DNA of 64,000 nucleotides from an uncultured Candidatus Saccharibacteria bacterium (GTDB lineage Bacteria; Patescibacteriota; Saccharimonadia; Saccharimonadales; 2-12-FULL-41-12): contig CAZYMH010000001.1 in NCBI GenBank assembly GCA_964648105.1, forward strand, positions 15,999 to 79,998. The letters are read 5' to 3'. The translations under genes were made by a program, and so were the position numbers. The notes below the pieces were generated by a model. It saw only the letters and a program-made list of their open reading frames with translations, had not been told where the DNA came from and did no database searches. This document shows positions 1 through 11,408 of the stretch, in pieces. The first letter of the stretch is position 1. The number at the start of each line of letters is the position of its first letter.

Positions 1-1107
1 TACATAATTACCTGCATCATAAGGACTATCGAAGGTTTTTACCTGACAGCCAGCAGCTTCGGCTCTAGGAGCGAGATATTTATTGGCATCAGAACCAATT
101 GTGACTACCAAATCAAGTTTATCGGCTCGACAATAATCACCAACTTGCTCGTGGAGTGCTTGGCTAGTTTGCCCTAGTTCATTCATATTACCCAAAATGG
201 CTATCCGTTGAGGAGCATCGATGTCATAAACTACATCAAGACCAGCTTTGATAGCAAGCGGACTAGCGTTATAAGTGTCATCTATTAATAAACTATTTTT
301 TAGACCATGCAAGGTATTCATTCGCCCCGCATAAGGGGTAATTCGCTCGATTGCTGCCGATATTTCTGGTAGTTTTATTTGCAGTACATCGGCAACGGCA
401 ACAGCTGCTAAAATTACTTTACCACCTTGAACACCAGCTAAATTTATCTCTGTATTTAATAAATCTTTTTGATTTTTGTAGATACTGATCCGCTGGTTAA
501 GACCATTGGCGGTAGGTGTAAGTTGAGCCGAATATGTCGGTTGGTTGTTTAGCCCATAACTTAAATATCCGTTGATATTTTTGAGAAATTTTGGGTCAAT
601 GTCATCTGTACCTAATATATTTTTTGAGCAAAAATTAATTATCGATAATTCTTCTTTGGCAACTGCGTATAAATTTCCAAAAAATTCCATATGCTCAGGT
701 GCCACCGAGCAAACTACGCCAATTTCAGGGTTTAGATAGGCAAATTCTTGCAACTGACCTGGGCCATCTGTGCCTAGCTCGACCACAACGATATCAGCAT
801 TTAGGCCATTTTTAATTTGTCGTTTATTGGCAAAAATTATTTTTAACCATTTGCTTAACGCCATTACACCAGGGTTTTCATGGCCAAAAATTACCAAAGG
901 AACGGTTAATCGATCATTGTAATTTCCTTCTTGCCAGCGAACTTTTCGACTGGCTGACAAAGTTTTGGCAATTGCCAGTTTAGTTGAGGTTTTGCCGACA
1001 CTACCAGCCACCGCAACGATAATAAATTGGTGTTTTTTGCGTAATTTAATTACTTGTTTTTCCAAAATATTACACAGTAAACTTCTGCCAAACTTTTTTA
1101 GATTCAT
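1..1107 (-). CDS. murF: MurF-like Mur ligase (UDP-MurNAc-tripeptide--D-Ala-D-Ala ligase); C-terminus runs off the window start
   Basis: Manual minus-strand translation from ATG at 1107: MNLKKFGRSLL...IVAVAGSVGKTSTKLAIAK (Mur ligase P-loop), then GNYNDRLTVPL, VELGTDGPGQ, DDTYNASP, ILGNMNELG (MurF-type motifs). Frame stays open to position 1. Absent from the ORF track because the window edge truncates it. Confidence 0.8.
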   Translation of the reverse strand, partial: MNLKKFGRSLLCNILEKQVIKLRKKHQFIIVAVAGSVGKTSTKLAIAKTLSASRKVRWQEGNYNDRLTVPLVIFGHENPGVMALSKWLKIIFANKRQIKNGLNADIVVVELGTDGPGQLQEFAYLNPEIGVVCSVAPEHMEFFGNLYAVAKEELSIINFCSKNILGTDDIDPKFLKNINGYLSYGLNNQPTYSAQLTPTANGLNQRISIYKNQKDLLNTEINLAGVQGGKVILAAVAVADVLQIKLPEISAAIERITPYAGRMNTLHGLKNSLLIDDTYNASPLAIKAGLDVVYDIDAPQRIAILGNMNELGQTSQALHEQVGDYCRADKLDLVVTIGSDANKYLAPRAEAAGCQVKTFDSPYDAGNYV

Positions 1108-1142
1108 ATTTATGATTATAGCAATTTTTAGCGAGATAATTA

Positions 1143-2072
1143 CTAGCTTTTTGGACTAATTCGAGATTGTAACTCGTCGATAGTGATTGTTTTGGTAGGC
1201 AATTCTACATTTTGGAAAGAGTTGTAATCGAGATAATCTTCGATTCGACCATTGTCGTACTCAACTTGCTTTAGCTCACGCGACAAAGCATCAATTTTGA
1301 AAGTAACGATTATTTGTTTCGAATCACTGTAATTTGAGGCTTGTAAAGCTTCGTTGTCGCCAAGGCCGCTATATTTAGCGTATGTATTCAAAACTTCGAT
1401 GTAACTCTTTGGTTTAACGCTCATTTGGACAGTATAAACTGGTCGCATATTTTCATAGCTAAGTTTAGAATTTTTAACATCGTAAACTTTCTTCGACTTA
1501 AGTGCGTTCGACAACTCTAAAGAGCGGTCACTCGAGAAATTACCAAATGGCACAAAAGTAAATAATGCTTGGTTAAATACTTCGGGTTTTTGATCTTTCT
1601 CTGAGTCGGCTTTGCGGACTGCCCACGTATCGAGCAACTTATTGTAATCAGTTTTATCACTTTCGGTTTTAGTAATCTGAATATTTGTATAGCGTAAGTA
1701 ATCGGCATCTTTAGTGCCGACCGATTCGCTGGTTACAGATGATTTATTGCGAGATTTATCAATTTGTTCAACCACAGTCAAGGTTTTCACAAGCGGTGTA
1801 GGCGAAAATTGTAAATAAATTCGCTCATCTTGTGTGCTTGTGCCATCGGTTTGGACAACTTTTTTAGTTACACTTTTGGCCTGCAAGCTATTATCGACCA
1901 TTCCCCAAAAAATATTATCGTGTTTGAGAAAAATATTTTGATACCAATAGTAGCTCGAAAATCCAAATAAGCCTAAACCAATAATTATCATAGAAGTTAT
2001 CATTAGTTTGAATGATTTAAAGTTTGGCTTTTTTTTGAATCGGTTAGTTAGTTTGTTACTTGAAATTTTCAT
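1143..2072 (-). CDS. hypothetical membrane-anchored protein
   Basis: 309-aa ORF with a basic N-terminus and one hydrophobic helix (MITSMIIIGLGLFGFSSYYWY). No recognisable motif. Same strand as murF, 35 nt upstream of its start. Confidence 0.6.
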   Translation of the reverse strand: MKISSNKLTNRFKKKPNFKSFKLMITSMIIIGLGLFGFSSYYWYQNIFLKHDNIFWGMVDNSLQAKSVTKKVVQTDGTSTQDERIYLQFSPTPLVKTLTVVEQIDKSRNKSSVTSESVGTKDADYLRYTNIQITKTESDKTDYNKLLDTWAVRKADSEKDQKPEVFNQALFTFVPFGNFSSDRSLELSNALKSKKVYDVKNSKLSYENMRPVYTVQMSVKPKSYIEVLNTYAKYSGLGDNEALQASNYSDSKQIIVTFKIDALSRELKQVEYDNGRIEDYLDYNSFQNVELPTKTITIDELQSRISPKS

Positions 2073-2128
2073 TTACCCTCTTTTTCCTACTTTTCAAATT
2101 GGTTTAAAACAACCAGCAAAGATTATTT

Positions 2129-2205
2129 TGGTGGAGCTACAGGGACTCAAACCCTGGACCTCATCGCTGCCAGCGATGCACTCTAATCAACTGAGCTATA
2201 GCCCC
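2129..2205 (-). tRNA. tRNA-Ala (anticodon GGC)
   Basis: Reverse complement GGGGCTATAGCTCAGTTGATTAGAGTGCATCGCTGGCAGCGATGAGGTCCAGGGTTTGAGTCCCTGTAGCTCCACCA folds as a cloverleaf. Anticodon loop CTGGCAG, G3:U70 Ala identity pair, encoded CCA. Confidence 0.9.
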
Positions 2206-2294
2206 GAACTAAAATTTATAAGTAAAATATTTACTCCTCTAATTTACAGATTTATTTTAACACAAATTATATTGTTCTGGCTAAAGCAAGAAAT

Positions 2295-3776
2295 TTAATG
2301 AATTACAGCTGCAGGTTTTTTAGATGATTTTTTCGATGTTTTAACTTCTTTGATAAATACCAATACAATCACAACACCAATCAAGGTCAATAATGCTCCT
2401 ACCATAAATGCTTCTTCGAAGCCTTTTACTTGTGCTTGAGCTAAGTTGGCTGAGTTGGCCCCATTTTCGCGGATATATTGAATCGCCGCCGAACTCGCAA
2501 CCCCCGATAAAACCGCTAAGCCCAATGAGCCGCCGATTTGCTGAGAAGTATTAAGTAAACCAGATGCCAGTCCCGAATCTTTCTCGCTAACACCGTTAGT
2601 AGCTGCCGTGGTCGTCGAAACAAATATCAAGCCCATGCCAACTGCCAATATCGACAGGCCTGGTAACACATCATGTAGATAGGTCCCGTTGACTCTAACG
2701 TGACTAAGCAAGAACAGCCCAATCGCCATCAAAATTGGCCCGATAATTAGGGGTACTTTAAAACCAATTTTATCAAGTCGTCTGGCTATCATAGTTGATA
2801 CAAAACCAATAATAAATGTGATTGGCAAAAAGCTTAGCCCAGAACGAATTGGCGAATAATGAAGAATATTTTGTATATAAAGTGTCAAAAAGAAAAACAT
2901 CGAAAACATACCAGCCGTTATCGGCAACATCGTTAAGTTAGCTCCCGACAAATTCCGCATCTTAAATATACTTAGCGGCATCAGCGGGTGCTTCGACCTA
3001 GATTCATTTATCACAAACAGAACCAGCAATAAAATACTTGGCAGGATATACCACATTGCTTGATGACTCAACCAGCCATGTTTAGGAGCTTCGGTTAGAC
3101 CATACACTAACATCATTAGTCCAGATGTAACTAGCACCGCCCCTGGTATGTCTAAATGATTATGATCAAGATCGGCTGTACTTTCTTTGACGTATTTGAT
3201 TGTCATGGCAATAACCAATATTCCAACTGGCACATTTACAAAAAAGTTCCAACGCCATCCTAAATATTCGGTCAAAACGCCACCAATTAATACTCCTGCA
3301 GCGGCTCCACCAGCGGCAATTGCTCCCCATACGCCGAGAGCTTTGTGACGCTCTTTACCTTCGGAAAAGGTAGTTAACAAAATCGATAAAGCAGCTGGCG
3401 ACATAAAAGCTGCGGCAAAGCCTTGCAGTGCACGTGCGATGTCAAGAGTGACGGTATTATTGGCTATTCCACAAACAAACGAAATAAAGGTAAATAACAC
3501 TAGGCCAGACAAAAAAACTTTTTTGCGGCCAAACAAGTCTGCGGCTCTACCACCCAATAATAAAAACCCTCCAAACACTAATGTGTAAGCTGTAACCACC
3601 CATTGTAGACTCTCTGGACTATTATAATTAAGAGCTTTAGCAATCGATGGCAAAGCTACGTTAACAATCGCTGTGTCCAACACAACCATAAATTGAGCTA
3701 AGCCTATGATCAAAAGTACTAGGTTTTTATGCTCCATATTTTTAATAATTTTTTTAACCATTTTTTCTCCAATCAA
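2295..3776 (-). CDS. MFS transporter, DHA2 (EmrB/QacA-like, ~14 TM) drug/H+ antiporter family
   Basis: 493 aa and hydrophobic throughout. N-terminal VLDTAIVNVALPSI and GGRAADLFGRKK (MFS motif A-like) are typical of the DHA2 subfamily. Confidence 0.85.
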   Translation of the reverse strand: MIGEKMVKKIIKNMEHKNLVLLIIGLAQFMVVLDTAIVNVALPSIAKALNYNSPESLQWVVTAYTLVFGGFLLLGGRAADLFGRKKVFLSGLVLFTFISFVCGIANNTVTLDIARALQGFAAAFMSPAALSILLTTFSEGKERHKALGVWGAIAAGGAAAGVLIGGVLTEYLGWRWNFFVNVPVGILVIAMTIKYVKESTADLDHNHLDIPGAVLVTSGLMMLVYGLTEAPKHGWLSHQAMWYILPSILLLVLFVINESRSKHPLMPLSIFKMRNLSGANLTMLPITAGMFSMFFFLTLYIQNILHYSPIRSGLSFLPITFIIGFVSTMIARRLDKIGFKVPLIIGPILMAIGLFLLSHVRVNGTYLHDVLPGLSILAVGMGLIFVSTTTAATNGVSEKDSGLASGLLNTSQQIGGSLGLAVLSGVASSAAIQYIRENGANSANLAQAQVKGFEEAFMVGALLTLIGVVIVLVFIKEVKTSKKSSKKPAAVIH

Positions 3777-3811
3777 TTACTAAGTATATGTTTATTTTGG
3801 CTTAAACACAA

Positions 3812-3892
3812 TAAAAAAGAGCTGATGCGTACCCACCAGGCTCGGTTGTTTTAATGTTTTTGTTTTAACAGCTCAAGCCTATACGCACCAGC
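3812..3892 (-). terminator. intrinsic-terminator-like long hairpin plus U-run in the 5' leader of the MFS gene
   Basis: On the minus strand, GCUGGUGCGUA (3892-3882) pairs with UACGCAUCAGC (3831-3821). An inner stem AGGCUUG/CGAGCCU includes G-U pairs that only work on this strand. The hairpin is followed by UCUUUUUUAU (3820-3811), about 35 nt before the MFS ATG. Confidence 0.45.
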
Positions 3893-3974
3893 CCTCAACC
3901 TGCTTATGATTACATACCTTCTTAGTAAAATCAACTGGGTTATAGTAGAGTATGCTTATACTTAAAATAATAAG

Positions 3975-4259
3975 ATGCAACCGAATACAAAAATAATCAA
4001 TTTTAGGTCTATCGACAGGCACAGTTTTATGGGCTGGGGAATATTAACTTTGCTTTGCTTAGTTACGGTTATTCTGTGGATGATGGGTACAGATTCGACC
4101 CAAATTTTCACTATATCTGTCCGCCAAAATACTTTAAATATTGGCCGTATTACAGGACTAAGTGGTTCCCCACCGATGGTGCAATCAATCAAAAAACAAC
4201 TAATTCAAAAAGGCGTTAACAAAACAAACATTCATTCTGAAGAATTTTCAATGAGCTAA
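3975..4259 (+). pseudogene. possible remnant of a ferric-reductase-like / FAD-NAD(P) oxidoreductase with a large internal deletion
   Basis: In the 94-aa ORF, an N-terminal TM segment (FMGWGILTLLCLVTVILWMM) is joined directly to GSPPMVQSIKKQLIQKGVNKTNIHSEEFSM. That tail looks like the extreme C-terminus (GPxxM...GV...IHxExF) of ferredoxin-reductase-type NAD-binding domains. The roughly 300 aa normally between them are missing. Confidence 0.3.
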
Positions 4260-4443
4260 AACATGTGGTTAAAAAAATTAGTCGCAATTACACTAATTAA
4301 TCATAACTAGTTTTAGCTTATTTGGCGTCACGTTAGCTGGCGTCGGCTTTACTCAAAACGACAAAGTTACGTTAGTAAATCCCGATGGCTCAACCACCAC
4401 AATCAGCAAAGCCGAAGCCGCGAAAAATCCCAATATTGTAGCA

Positions 4444-7893
<3,450 letters not shown>

Positions 7894-7894
<1 letters not shown>

Positions 7895-8763
7895 TAAACT
7901 TTACCTATTGAGTCGCGTAAAATCTCAATCCGTTTCTCGATTGGAGGATGGGTGCTAAATAAATTAGCCAATGCCCCAGCTTTAAGTGGGTTAGCAAAAA
8001 ACAAATGAGCAGTTGATGAGTTAGGCTTTTGCAAGCTACTGCCATACTCTGATATTTTCTCGAGGGCCGATGCTAAACCTTCAGGGTAACGAGTAGTCAT
8101 TGCCCCAGTAGCATCTGCCAGATATTCGCGTTGGCGAGATATTGAGGCTTGGATTGCTGTAGCGACAATCGGTGCCAAAACTATCGCCGCAAGTCCAATA
8201 ATCATGACATACGGACTTTTGTTGTCATTGTCCGAAAACCATGTAATCTGCATTATAAAATCAGCAATAATCGATACAACCGCCACTAACGCAAAGGCAT
8301 ACATACTTACTCTAATATCATAATTTTTGACATGACCTAATTCGTGGGCCATCACTCCTTGCAACTCTGTACTGTCCATAATTTCGAGTAGCCCAGTAGT
8401 GGCACAGACTGCCGCGTGGTTTGGATCGCGACCAGTTGCAAAGGCATTCGGGGCGGGGTCATCCATAATATAAACCTTCGGCATCGGCATGCCGTTTGTG
8501 ATGGCCAGATTTTCAACTGTACGGTACAGTCTAGGCTCATCTCTCTTTGACACTTCTTTGGCTCCATTAACCGCCAAAGCCATTTTGCTGCCCGAAAAAT
8601 ACATAATCATCGCATAAATAGCAGCGGCGACCAACACAAATGGTGTCAGCAGCGGCCGACCTAAATAAATTGACACTAAATAGCCAAGTAAACCCACAAA
8701 AACAATAAACCCAACAAATATATATACTGTTTTACGTTTATTGGCAGCAATATTGGAATACAT
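7894..8763 (-). CDS. htpX: zinc metalloprotease HtpX (M48 family)
   Basis: 289 aa with N-terminal TM helices, HELGHVKN (HExxH) and the downstream EYLAD glutamate motif. Confidence 0.9.
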
Positions 8764-8802
8764 AAACTAAATCAACCTACCTAATTATTATTAATTTATA
8801 AT

Positions 8803-9369
8803 TTATTCGTCAAATTTGGCGTCAACTGGCTTATTGATAGCACTTGACTCAGCTTCTTCAACTTCGAAGAATTCGCGTTCTTTAAAACCTAATGGTCCCG
8901 CAAATAAAATGTTTGGAAATGTCTTGATTTTGATATTCAAATCTCGAGCAGCACCGTTGTAAAAACGACGTGAAGCCTGAATTTTATCTTCTGTATCAAC
9001 TAACTCATTTTGCAAAGACTGAAAGTTTTGATTAGCCTTAAGATCTGGGTAAGCTTCACTGACGGCAAACAGACTTTTCAAAGTATCAGAAAAGGCATTT
9101 TCAGCTTTGGCTTGGTCATGAGGACCTTGAGCATTCATAGCATTAGCTCGAGCGGCTGTGACGCGATCAAAAACTTCTCTTTCATGCTTAGCATACGCCT
9201 TAACAGTATTAATCAAATTAGGAATTAAGTCATAACGTCGCTTCAACTGAACCGTAATATCGCTCCATGCTTCGTCAACTCTAACTTTACTTTTTACAAG
9301 TCCGTTATAAATTGCCACTGCCACAATTACCAGCAATGCCAAAACCCCTAATATTACCCAAAGTACCAT
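8803..9369 (-). CDS. lemA: LemA family protein
   Basis: 188 aa with an N-terminal TM helix and then NGLVKSKVRVDEAWSDITVQLKRRYDLIPNL, typical of LemA. The lemA-htpX pairing is a common gene neighbourhood. Confidence 0.9.
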   Translation of the reverse strand: MVLWVILGVLALLVIVAVAIYNGLVKSKVRVDEAWSDITVQLKRRYDLIPNLINTVKAYAKHEREVFDRVTAARANAMNAQGPHDQAKAENAFSDTLKSLFAVSEAYPDLKANQNFQSLQNELVDTEDKIQASRRFYNGAARDLNIKIKTFPNILFAGPLGFKEREFFEVEEAESSAINKPVDAKFDE

Positions 9370-9430
9370 CTTAATTCCTTTCGTTACTTACACAATCTAT
9401 TTTAACATAAACTTCTTGATAAAACCGACT

Positions 9431-9517
9431 TGGTGCGCAGGGCGGGACTCGAACCCGCAAGCCTTGTAGGGCAAGAGATTTTAAGTCTCTCGTGTATACC
9501 AATTCCACCACCTGCGC
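9431..9517 (-). tRNA. tRNA-Leu (anticodon TAA)
   Basis: Reverse complement GCGCAGGTGGTGGAATTGGTATACACGAGAGACTTAAAATCTCTTGCCCTACAAGGCTTGCGGGTTCGAGTCCCGCCCTGCGCACCA. Class II tRNA with a long variable arm; anticodon loop CTTAAAA. Confidence 0.9.
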
Positions 9518-9564
9518 TTACCTAAACTTTATCATTTATTTAGCTAATTTCAATGTTCATTTTA

Positions 9565-9638
9565 TGGAGGCACCTGCGGGTAACGCTCCCGCCTACACGG
9601 TTTTGCAGACCGTTGCCTAACTTCTCGGCCAAGGCGCC
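9565..9638 (-). tRNA. tRNA-Cys (anticodon GCA) with non-canonical D and T loops
   Basis: Reverse complement GGCGCCTTGGCCGAGAAGTTAGGCAACGGTCTGCAAAACCGTGTAGGCGGGAGCGTTACCCGCAGGTGCCTCCA. It has a 7-bp acceptor stem, anticodon stem ACGGT/ACCGT with loop CTGCAAA, T stem GCGGG/CCCGC and discriminator U73 plus CCA. The T loop reads AGCGTTA rather than TTCRANY. Confidence 0.55.
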
Positions 9639-9673
9639 AGCTCCATTGAATATATTATAGAGTTATTTTGGTA

Positions 9674-9710
9674 TTAAAAAAAGAGGCTACGTTAATTTCG
9701 AGTAGCCTCT
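9674..9710 (-). terminator. rho-independent terminator downstream of the 277-aa secreted protein gene
   Basis: Stem AGAGGCTA (9682-9689) / TAGCCTCT (9703-9710). On the minus strand it is followed by a U-run (forward A-run 9675-9681). Confidence 0.65.
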
Positions 9711-9727
9711 TTAATTAATTATTTTGG

Positions 9728-10561
9728 TTATCTATTTGATACTACGCTAGATACACATTGACCTTGGTTTTTGTATGGATTTCCGTTTTCGTCATACAAA
9801 GTTCTCCAGCCATTGTTTTTGCACTGATTTTTGTCAGTTGGGCGTGGCAAATCTTGTTCAAAGTCATAAACTGTTCCATTGAAGTTTACAGCGTCGACCC
9901 GAATGTCCCAGTTAGGGTTGCTACTACCGACATTTACAGCTTGACCAACTACTACAGCATTTGGATAAAGAGTTTTTAGCTCGTTCAATGTATAAGTTTC
10001 GTAACCAGACATAACTGTGCCGTTACCAATATCGTGAGTTGACCAAAAATGTCCACTATCGACATCCCAAGTTTGCCATACACCTGGTACTACAGCTGCA
10101 TTACCTTCTGATACATATGGTTCATAAACTAGGTTAGTCCCAACTTGACCTGTGCCAGTCGACGATGGATTACAGCCAGTAGTGCTAACACCGTAAAAAC
10201 ACGTAGATAATTGGTAACTAGCAGTACCAGCTACAAATGTCGAGCTTACTTGCTTAGTCGAATAGCTCAATACACTTATATCGCTCAAAGGTTGATTCTC
10301 TACCCTAGAATAATTTGCTTTGTCTTGCGATGGACTTGGAGTCGAGTTACCAGTTAATAATTGTAATGTTCCGTTGCCAAGTGGTGCAGTTGTGTCTGCA
10401 ACAAAATTTACTTGACCATTAGTTCTAGATTCGGACGTGTTCCAACCTTTAGTGTCACTCGGCCGAACTACAACTGTAGTTGCAGCACTAACAACTGATG
10501 GCAGAACCAAAACCGCACATGCAGCAACTGCCAAGCTTAAATTTAATAATTTCTTCCTCAT
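9728..10561 (-). CDS. secreted hypothetical protein with a Cys-containing C-terminal motif
   Basis: 277 aa with a clear signal peptide (MRKKLLNLSLAVAACAVLVLPSVVSA). The body is T/S/N/G-rich and the C-terminus reads KNQCKNNGWRTLYDENGNPYKNQGQCVSSV. Confidence 0.65.
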   Translation of the reverse strand: MRKKLLNLSLAVAACAVLVLPSVVSAATTVVVRPSDTKGWNTSESRTNGQVNFVADTTAPLGNGTLQLLTGNSTPSPSQDKANYSRVENQPLSDISVLSYSTKQVSSTFVAGTASYQLSTCFYGVSTTGCNPSSTGTGQVGTNLVYEPYVSEGNAAVVPGVWQTWDVDSGHFWSTHDIGNGTVMSGYETYTLNELKTLYPNAVVVGQAVNVGSSNPNWDIRVDAVNFNGTVYDFEQDLPRPTDKNQCKNNGWRTLYDENGNPYKNQGQCVSSVVSNR

Positions 10562-10692
10562 TATTTACCCTCCTTTAACGTCCATTACTATTTGTTTAGG
10601 GCCTTTGTATTCTAACATTCAATTTTATAAAATATCGCTAACACCAAGGAAATTTGGTGGGTTGACAAAAAATTTATCAAGTAAAATTTTAT

Positions 10693-10721
10693 TTGAAGTT
10701 GCGTAAGTAGATTGTTATAAT
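10693..10721 (+). promoter_or_regulatory. sigma70-like promoter for tRNA-Gly
   Basis: TTGAAG (10693-10698), a 17-nt spacer, then TATAAT (10716-10721), 13 nt upstream of the mature tRNA-Gly 5' end. Confidence 0.6.
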
Positions 10722-10734
10722 CTCCATATCATAT

Positions 10735-10810
10735 GCGGGTGTAGCTCAGTTGATAGAGCGCTTCCTTGCCAAGGAAGAGGCCAGGGGTTTGAGTCCCCTC
10801 ACCCGCACCA
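10735..10810 (+). tRNA. tRNA-Gly (anticodon GCC)
   Basis: GCGGGTGTAGCTCAGTTGATAGAGCGCTTCCTTGCCAAGGAAGAGGCCAGGGGTTTGAGTCCCCTCACCCGCACCA. Anticodon loop TTGCCAA, encoded CCA. Confidence 0.9.
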
Positions 10811-10865
10811 TAATATTTGAATTTTACTCTTATTTTAATTTAGGGTCTGAGGGCAGTAAATATCA

Positions 10866-11408
10866 TTGACAAATAAAAAGATTACTTTTATTGACTTATT
10901 TGCTGGTATTGGTGGATTTCATTTTGCGTTACATAATCAAGGTGCGAAGTGTGTTTTTGCTTCAGAGTTTGAAGAAAATTGTCGATTGTCGTATGAAGAT
11001 AATTTCAAAAGCATTTCACCAGAGTTATTTAAACTAAAGCCATGTAATACTAATAGTGGAAGTCTTTTTACTAGTGATTTTGCAGGTGACATAACAAAAG
11101 TTAATCCACATAGAATTCCTGACCATGACATTCTATGTGCAGGCTTTCCTTGTCAACCATTTTCTATATCTGGTCGCAAGAAAGGTTTTAATGATACTAG
11201 AGGAACCCTTTTTTTTAACATCATGGAGATTGTGAAAGCAAAACATCCTAAAGTTATTTTTTTAGAAAACGTTAAGCACTTAGTACACCATGATAAAGGA
11301 AATACACTCCGCGTAATTTTAAAAGAACTTGAAGATACTGGATATAAAACTTCTTGGAAGATTTTAAATGCAAATAATTTTGGTTTAGCACAAATGGCGG
11401 CGGGCTAG
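10866..11408 (+). pseudogene. C-5 cytosine DNA methyltransferase, 3'-truncated (motifs I-VII only)
   Basis: TTG start. Contains FIDLFAGIGGF (motif I), GFPCQPFS (IV) and FLENVKHL (VI). It ends at ...NFGLAQMAAG*, inside motif VIII (expected QxRxR). The TRD and motifs IX-X are absent. Confidence 0.7.

Noticed and set aside
965-1159. 64-aa plus-strand ORF from the track
   Set aside because: It lies antisense to, and within, the 5' end of the well-supported minus-strand murF reading frame (P-loop at 965-1020). It has no RBS or motif.
2008-2298. 96-aa plus-strand ORF
   Set aside because: It runs straight through the antisense strand of tRNA-Ala (2129-2205), so it is a by-product of an intergenic region plus an RNA gene.
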